Assembly: GCA_024626585.2 (NCBI GenBank)
Contig: JANKJI020000002.1
Span: 124,153,289-124,172,406 of the forward strand
DNA length: 19,118 bases
Source of the DNA: Ginkgo biloba
Taxonomy: Eukaryota > Plantae > Ginkgophyta
Direction: 5' to 3'
Numbering within the stretch: the stretch's first letter is position 1; each line of letters begins with the position of its first letter. The notes below the pieces were generated by a model that was not told the DNA's origin, did not search any database, and saw nothing but the letters and a program-made list of their open reading frames with translations. The position numbers and the translations under genes are program-made. This document shows positions 12,901 to 19,118 of the stretch, piece by piece.

Positions 12901-13863
12901 CCTTATTGGTATCTATAGTTTGTATAACCCCTTGATACCTCATATTTGTNNNNNNNNNNNNNNNNNNNNNNNNNNNNNNNNNNNNNNNNNNNNNNNNNNN
13001 NNNNNNNNNNNNNNNNNNNNNNNNNNNNNNNNNNNNNNNNNNNNNNNNNNNNNNNNNNNNNNNNNNNNNNNNNNNNNNNNNNNNNNNNNNNNNNNNNNNN
13101 NNNNNNNNNNNNNNNNNNNNNNNNNNNNNNNNNNNNNNNNNNNNNNNNNNNNNNNNNNNNNNNNNNNNNNNNNNNNNNNNNNNNNNNNNNNNNNNNNNNN
13201 NNNNNNNNNNNNNNNNNNNNNNNNNNNNNNNNNNNNNNNNNNNNNNNNNNNNNNNNNNNNNNNNNNNNNNNNNNNNNNNNNNNNNNNNNNNNNNNNNNNN
13301 NNNNNNNNNNNNNNNNNNNNNNNNNNNNNNNNNNNNNNNNNNNNNNNNNNNNNNNNNNNNNNNNNNNNNNATATGCTTCCAACATAGTATCTACAAAAAT
13401 AGTCAAATCTAATCCAAATAATTATTTAGTTATCTCCTAAGGACCCATGTAATGGGATATCGGCAAAGGAGACAAATGCACACTTTAATTAGTATGTGTA
13501 CTATTAGATTATTATTTACATATATCTTATGCTTTATATTCAAATAACTTTAGATATTAATTATTAAACTATATCTCAACTTGATTTTATCTTAAGATAG
13601 TAGATTATTTTCCTATTCTTTTAAGGTAGATCATATTCTTATGTTTTAAAAACTAATTTAAATGTATCTTCCTTTTTTAGAATCATATCCTCTTAGTAGT
13701 TATCTTACTTCTAAAATGCATCATCTCATGTGATACTCATTTTGATTCTCCACCCAATTAAGGACAAGCATAAAATTAGTTTTTTTATGAGGCTTTATTA
13801 TTTTCTCTATAATGTATTATTTATGTGTTTGGATGTGTGCACCTTCATGCATATGCACATTTA

Positions 13864-13864
<1 letters not shown>

Positions 13865-13898
<34 letters not shown>
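13865..13898 (+). repeat. Compound microsatellite (GT)8(GA)9
   Basis: Read directly from the sequence. Confidence 0.97.
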
Positions 13899-13899
<1 letters not shown>

Positions 13900-15359
13900 T
13901 AATTTAACTATTTTTAATCATTTTTGTCAACAAATTTAATGATGCCATATACATGTAAATTCAAAGAGGTAAGATTAACCTTAGTTTCTAACCTCCATGA
14001 AGATTCCGTTACTTAGTATACATATGATGAAAGTGAAGGTCATTTAGTAAACCTTCTCTNNNNNNNNNNNNNNNNNNNNNNNNNNNNNNNNNNNNNNNNN
14101 NNNNNNNNNNNNNNNNNNNNNNNNNNNNCCCATAAATTCATAACCCCTACCATTATTTGAGTTATAACTAACTAATTGGCGAACCCATTTTGAATTGTAA
14201 CTAGAGCATGTTTGTTACAACATTATAAGGAAAAAGAAATTTTAGTATGCACATTTTCACTCATCTAATAACATCGTCATGCCTCCTACACATTGTTGAC
14301 TAGTCTTTATGTAAAGAAATTATATCACAACATGGTGAGTACAATAATTATTCTATATTAACTTAAATGACATTATTTTGGATTATTTTAATTGATTCAC
14401 TGTATCTTTTCTTGGTCATGTATAGATATCTTAGTTGGTTAAACAACATATCACAAACATGAATTCTCTTAAAAGTAATTATTATTTAACAAGCAATGTT
14501 ACCTAGTTTATATAATTTTTAATGCTAATACTTATCAAATTAGTAAAGAATGATCTATTCCACCAAGTTCAAAATAATTTAAATCATATTGGCGATGCGT
14601 TGATCTCTTTCATATAATAAAAAAACATTAGCCATTTAGATATTGTGCTTGCCATGTCAACGCGAAATTAGTTAGAGACAACAAATATATTAATTAAGTT
14701 TTATTTTAGGATTTATAGGAATTGGAATAGACAGTACTTAGAAACCTAAAAATCAATTCAAACATATAAATAACAATGGCCCAACCATAATGATCGCCAA
14801 AATTTTCACTTGATTGCTTGCATTTTACGCCACCGTCTTCGTGCAACATGCCTATAGTCACATCTATCATATTTAAGCTAATGTCAAATATTTTGCATAG
14901 TGATAATTGAATATATCCTAAAGTAATGTTCGATGAAGTCAAAACCCCTTTTAAAATCTTAATGGCATTTAAAAAGTGCAAATTATGTAGTGACAACACC
15001 CACTTTNNNNNNNNNNNNNNNNNNNNNNNNNNNNNNNNNNNNNNNNNNNNNNNNNNNNNNNNNNNNNNNNNNNNNNNNNNNNNNNNNNNNNNNNNNNNNN
15101 NNNNNNAAACATAAAATATTACAAATAATATATTGTTAAATTAAGATAGTTCACGATAATATTTTATATGACCATATATATATGAATATGCCAAATAGTA
15201 ATAATTAGATAAGAATATATTATAATTTTATCACAAAGGAATTGAAGAAAGAAATACTTTGAAAACATATTTTAACTTTCTATCATGTAGAGAAAATAAA
15301 ATATATATATAATAANNNNNNNNNNNNNNNNNNNNNNNNNNNNNNNNNNNNNNNNNTGT

Positions 15360-16980
15360 AAAATTTTATGGGCCTTCATATTCTTACTATGAAAGTCAGA
15401 CGAGCTCTCTTATGATGTGGTGGCCCCCTGGGCTCTCTTCCCTTAGTGTTGGCTTCCAACATCTCGACTACAGGTGTTTATCCTAGTGGTGGTCCCTCAT
15501 AGTTCTAATATTCACCTATTCCATGTCTTCTTCATGGAGGTCTCATACGATTTTTATCTCAAGTTTTTTAGGCTCTCTAGGTTTAGGAAGGAGTAGTTAA
15601 TTTTTTTATGGTATTTTCTACTTGTTCTTATTTTTCTTTGGAAACTATTATTCAAAGTGGATTCCTCTTCTTCTCCCCTTGCTACACCTTTTCTTTAAAG
15701 TTTCTATTTATTCAAAACCCCTCCTTGAATTTCTCCAAAAGTAGGTTTTGTCAACTTATGGTTAAGGGGAAGCCTCATCTCCTCTCATCAGGGCTCAGTG
15801 CCTATTGCAGTCTCTCTTTGATAATTATCTCTCAAGTCCTTATATTTTCTTTGGGTGTAGTTAGGTGGATCCTCACTTTTCTAAGGGTTTTTGCATCCTC
15901 CATTTATAGGGTCATTTTGGTTGTAGGTTGTTTGTTATAGGATATCTCTCTCTTTTGGTATGAAGTTTTATCTGAAAAAAAGGATGGAATGCTCTCTTAG
16001 GAGGTTGCACTAGGATTCCATCTCTGCCTCCTTCTTACCGGGAAATATGGAAATAATAGTATAAGCCTTCTTATTATATTTTTATTCTCTTCTATTTTTA
16101 ATTATTTCTTTACATTTTGAAGTGTTGAGTGGTTCTAGTTTTGTTATTCCTCCTTTCATGCTTGTTGTCAAGTTCTATCAAATTCAATGGTGTGGTTAAG
16201 ATGCTCCTGCCCCATTCCTTCTTTGAGTATGATAAGATTTTTTAGGCTAATCTAGGCCTTTTATTTTCAACTCAGTGTTCATTCTTTAGTTCTTCCAATT
16301 GTGTAGGTTCCTAGAATAAGTTAAAATTGACCTTCTCCTCTACTCCATTCCATTTTGTGCTTCCATTGGGTTGTAGTTTTATTAAGGTTGTGAAGTGAAT
16401 CGATTTGAAGAGAGGGCCTAGTTTGGAGCCCATCTCCACCTCCTTTGTTACCAAGAAGTATGGCAATAACAATGGTGGCCTCTTTCTGCCATCATTGTGA
16501 AACTTCAATTCATTTCCAATTAAAAGGTTTACACCTCTATGGTTGGGAGGATTTGGTGTCTTGTAGAAGGTGGGGTCATTTATTGGGAGCCCATCCCTAC
16601 CTCCGTAGTTACCAAGCAAGATGGTGGTAATGACGACATCCTTCTTTCCTTCTCACTTGTTCAAGGGTTTTGTGCCTCTCTTGGTTAGGAGGTATCTGGT
16701 TAATCAAGTTTAAGGGTTTTATTTTGAATTTTCATAATAGTATTTTTGTACATTATGAATGGGAAGCTCTCCACTACCCTATAGAGTATCCGAGGTCTTT
16801 ATATTTTAAAATTGGTCTTTCATATTCTTGAACTATGCGTAGTGTTTGAAGAAAATTAGCAATATCAAGAAAAATTATAATACCAAGATGGTTGCTAAAG
16901 AAACCACGTGTATATACCAATTTATATTTAATATAAATTTGCTAGAGGCTCTCCCTCCTCTTTTTTCTGATTAAAAAAAG
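15360..16980 (+). mobile_element. Highly degenerate L1-type LINE 3' remnant (ORF2 C-terminal/zf-RVT region)
   Basis: Ordered fragments: VRRALL*CG..LPLV (~15395-15450), HGGLIR (~15534-15551), ISLFWYE (~15943-15963), ILCFHWVVVLLRL*SESI*REG (~16352-16417) and SFCHHCETSIHF..WEDL (~16480-16555). These echo plant L1 motifs FLW.G, GGLG.R, I.FW.D and zf-RVT. A candidate 3' end ccctcctctttttt..attaaaaaaag lies at ~16952-16980. Confidence 0.5.
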
Positions 16981-17671
16981 AATTGACATCTTCATATTGG
17001 TGCCATTATTAATGTCCACTTATCATCTTAAAGGCTTTTGCTTCTTATTCTTAAGCCATTTTAAGGGAGATAATGGAAGTATAATTCTTATCGAAGGAGA
17101 ATATGCTTCCTTCTTCCATTAGGATTCTTATTCCTCCCATTAGGGAAGGGCATATTCATATTGGAGCCTTGTTCATCATACTAGAGTCTCTTTTAATGGT
17201 GCACTTAGATTATAACCTTGGTGTTACAGAGTTAGAGACAAAAGAAGCAAGGCATGGTCAAGGAAATGCATTACGAAGTCTATAAGCTTGATTTGGTCCA
17301 TTTTTAGTCAATTATTTATTTCCTTCATTGTAGCATTATGTTTTTGTTATCTCCCATTTTTATGGTTTCTCTAGTGGGTTATTAATTTATTTTGCTAACC
17401 CTCAGGGTAGGAAAGTGACATCGCATATTTGTATGATATATAAAATTCATAATGACACTAGAGGAATAAACTTTATTACAAAGGAAAGGAATAACATTAT
17501 CAAGGTATGCTTCCTATCCTTTTATTATTGTTGAAGGGGGGGGGCGAGATTTTAATGTCGTAGAAATAATTTCAAGGTACACATCATAGGGGCATCCAAT
17601 TTATTATTGATAGCTTACATAGACAATAGCTTGCAGTTTGCACGTACACGCATCCAACAACACCGCCCCCC

Positions 17672-17679
17672 AAACCCTA
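17672..17679 (+). promoter_or_regulatory. Telo-box (AAACCCTA) in the putative ATL promoter/5' region
   Basis: Exact AAACCCTA next to a GC-box-like ccgccccc and an ACGT core. An inverted copy, TAGGGTTT, occurs at 18077-18084. Confidence 0.5.
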
Positions 17680-17816
17680 GTGGCAAAAATGTGAGGGATT
17701 GAATCCACACCTGAGCCAATCAACCATTATAATAATAGAGATAAAAAATGAAAATGGAGATGGGCATACAATTGAGATAGGTCTTTCAAAATACGCTAAT
17801 GAAAGAATCTCCTTCC

Positions 17817-17840
17817 TAAGGTAAGGTAAGGTAAGGTAGG
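17817..17840 (+). repeat. (TAAGG)4 pentamer repeat forming tandem AG|GTAAG splice-donor consensus sites
   Basis: ctaag gtaag gtaag gtaag gtagg, read directly. Confidence 0.85.
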
Positions 17841-17952
17841 GACAATAAAATTGTAAAATGATCACAAAAGGAGATTTAAGCATGCTGATGTCGTAATCGG
17901 ATCAAGGTTTAATGGATCGCCAGATCGGGTCTATTTCTATTCCATTTTGCAG
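17821..17952 (+). other. Candidate 5' UTR intron 1 of the ATL gene
   Basis: AG|GTAAG donor(s), and a strong plant-type acceptor tttctattccattttgcag|G ending at 17952. Confidence 0.5.
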
Positions 17953-18038
17953 GATTGAAGAGGAGACCATCAAATTTACAGGCAAGCGTCCTACCATGGA
18001 GAGCGAAAAGCATACTGTTCAGCAAAATATCTCTCTAT

Positions 18039-18128
18039 GTAAGCAGTAGACAGATACAGACGTTGAAGGATGGGAATAGGGTTTGCTCTAGTGAACTTTA
18101 AACGTCATGATTAGTTTCTCGATTACAG
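18039..18128 (+). other. Candidate intron 2 (90 nt) of the ATL gene
   Basis: GTAAGC donor at 18039 and acceptor ttagtttctcgattacag|G at 18128. Removing it joins ATG 17996 in frame to the ATL ORF. Confidence 0.5.
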
Positions 18129-18142
18129 GGAGTATAATCAGG

Positions 18143-18664
18143 ATGAGCACCAATTCGACGTTTACAGAAAATAGTACAGTTAGGCTTGCCTATGGTTTAG
18201 CGCTATCAGTGGGAACAATGGTGTTGTTCACCACCATCTTGGTAGCTTCTTATCTGTGCATGCGTCTACGCCATCAAACTCAGCTTTCTAATGGACGCCG
18301 GCGCCGTGACAGTATTCATGTGACCGTGGATCACAACGAGGGGAGAGGCACAGGTGGGATTGATGAAGCGACTTTGGATTCGTATCCGAAGATGAAGTAC
18401 TCTGAGAAAGTGTGTGAAGCCCAGGACGGCTCTTGTTGTTCGATTTGCCTCGCCGAATACAAGGAGACGGATGTCGTGCGAGTGCTGCCGGATTGCGGTC
18501 ATATGTTCCATGTGGGCTGCATAGATGAGTGGCTGCGACGCCATACGACATGTCCGATGTGCAGAACTTCTCCTCTGCCTTCACTGCAGTCGAGTCCTCT
18601 TTCTACGCCTCTTTCAGAATTCATCCCAATCGCACGCCATGATTCCTTACGCCGTCAAGGGTAA
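18143..18664 (+). CDS. ATL: ATL-family transmembrane RING-H2 E3 ubiquitin ligase, ATL67/68/69/70-like (ORF extends to an upstream ATG at 18107; MSTNS at 18143 is my preferred start)
   Basis: Uninterrupted ORF with an N-terminal hydrophobic helix (LAYGLALSVGTMVLFTTILVASYLC), a basic stretch (RLRH..RRRR) and a GLD-type motif (GIDEATLDSYP). The RING-H2 has exact ATL spacing C-x2-C-x15-C-x-H-x2-H-x2-C-x10-C-x2-C (CSIC..LPDCGHMFHVGCIDEWLRRHTTCPMC). The tail RTSPLPS..SPLSTPLSE resembles the ATL67-70 clade. GC and CpG content are higher than in the flanks. Confidence 0.96.
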   Translation: MSTNSTFTENSTVRLAYGLALSVGTMVLFTTILVASYLCMRLRHQTQLSNGRRRRDSIHVTVDHNEGRGTGGIDEATLDSYPKMKYSEKVCEAQDGSCCSICLAEYKETDVVRVLPDCGHMFHVGCIDEWLRRHTTCPMCRTSPLPSLQSSPLSTPLSEFIPIARHDSLRRQG

Positions 18665-19118
18665 TTTCTATTTACTTTAGCTGTGTTGTGTTTATTGACA
18701 AAACGAAAGCCCCGCAGGGTGTAGTTGGATCTTACAAAACGGAAAGTCCTGCAAGAAAATACACATACCCCAAAATTTGGTTACTCTGAGCCGATTGTTA
18801 GGTTAATAATTTTGTCACGTCAATATCATTCGGCATTTCTTTCAAGCTAACCTGTAACAACTAATGTGAACTACTGCTACTGCATGCTAATCAACAGGGT
18901 GGGATTGTCTTCGTAGCTTGTAGTGGTTTCTAAAATAATCCTTTGTATAACAGGATTTCTATTCCCCCTTTTCCTTCGGCCTGCATAGGGAGGGCAATGT
19001 TGTGTTTTGAACTACCTTTCCGTGTCTCTAATCATATGATTCACTTTTATCTCCAATTTTGTTATGTTTCCTTTTGACATTTTATATACAACACTTCAAG
19101 CATTTTCTTTTTAATTCT

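Larger units (their letters stand above)
239..15356. other. 13 assembly gaps (N runs) scattered through this span; five are exactly 100 N
   Basis: 100-N gaps at 2486, 5960, 7584, 11315 and 15007, probably unknown-length placeholders. The largest gap is 12950-13370. Confidence 0.95.

Noticed and set aside
12903-13440. Three 155-167 aa ORFs
   Set aside because: They consist almost entirely of N-gap translation (X) and are artefacts. The same applies to the ORFs spanning gaps at 1226, 2348, 5924, 7492-7794, 11113-11439 and 14926.
18266-18584. Two antisense ORFs overlapping ATL
   Set aside because: They are shadow frames of a GC-richer CDS with no recognisable motifs.
1-19118. A novel multi-gene or prokaryote-style system (operon, defence island, RNA genes)
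   Set aside because: Only one intact gene is present and the RT is a dead gypsy fragment. No tRNA, rRNA or array structure was recognised.

Overview
AT-rich, CpG-depleted eukaryotic (plant) genomic DNA with 13 assembly gaps. The retroelement remnants resemble those I recall from large gymnosperm genomes; that taxonomic placement is inference. The only intact gene is at the right end: a + strand ATL-family RING-H2 E3 ubiquitin ligase (ATL67-70-like, 18107/18143..18664) in a CpG-rich island, with a telo-box and two candidate upstream introns. The preceding ~17 kb is mostly decayed transposable elements: a Ty3/gypsy protease-RT remnant (- strand, ~40-1270), a diverged ~380 bp direct repeat pair, a ~2 kb pseudogenised ORF resembling a retroelement accessory protein (+, ~3290-5290), LTR-like segments (~5700-8140), a probable L1 LINE 3' remnant (+, ~15360-16980) and micro/minisatellites. 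I found no support for a new multi-gene system. The best leads are a possible splice-dependent uORF/N-terminal extension switch at the ATL gene and the uncharacterised accessory ORF. All alignments and translations outside the supplied ORF track were done by eye.
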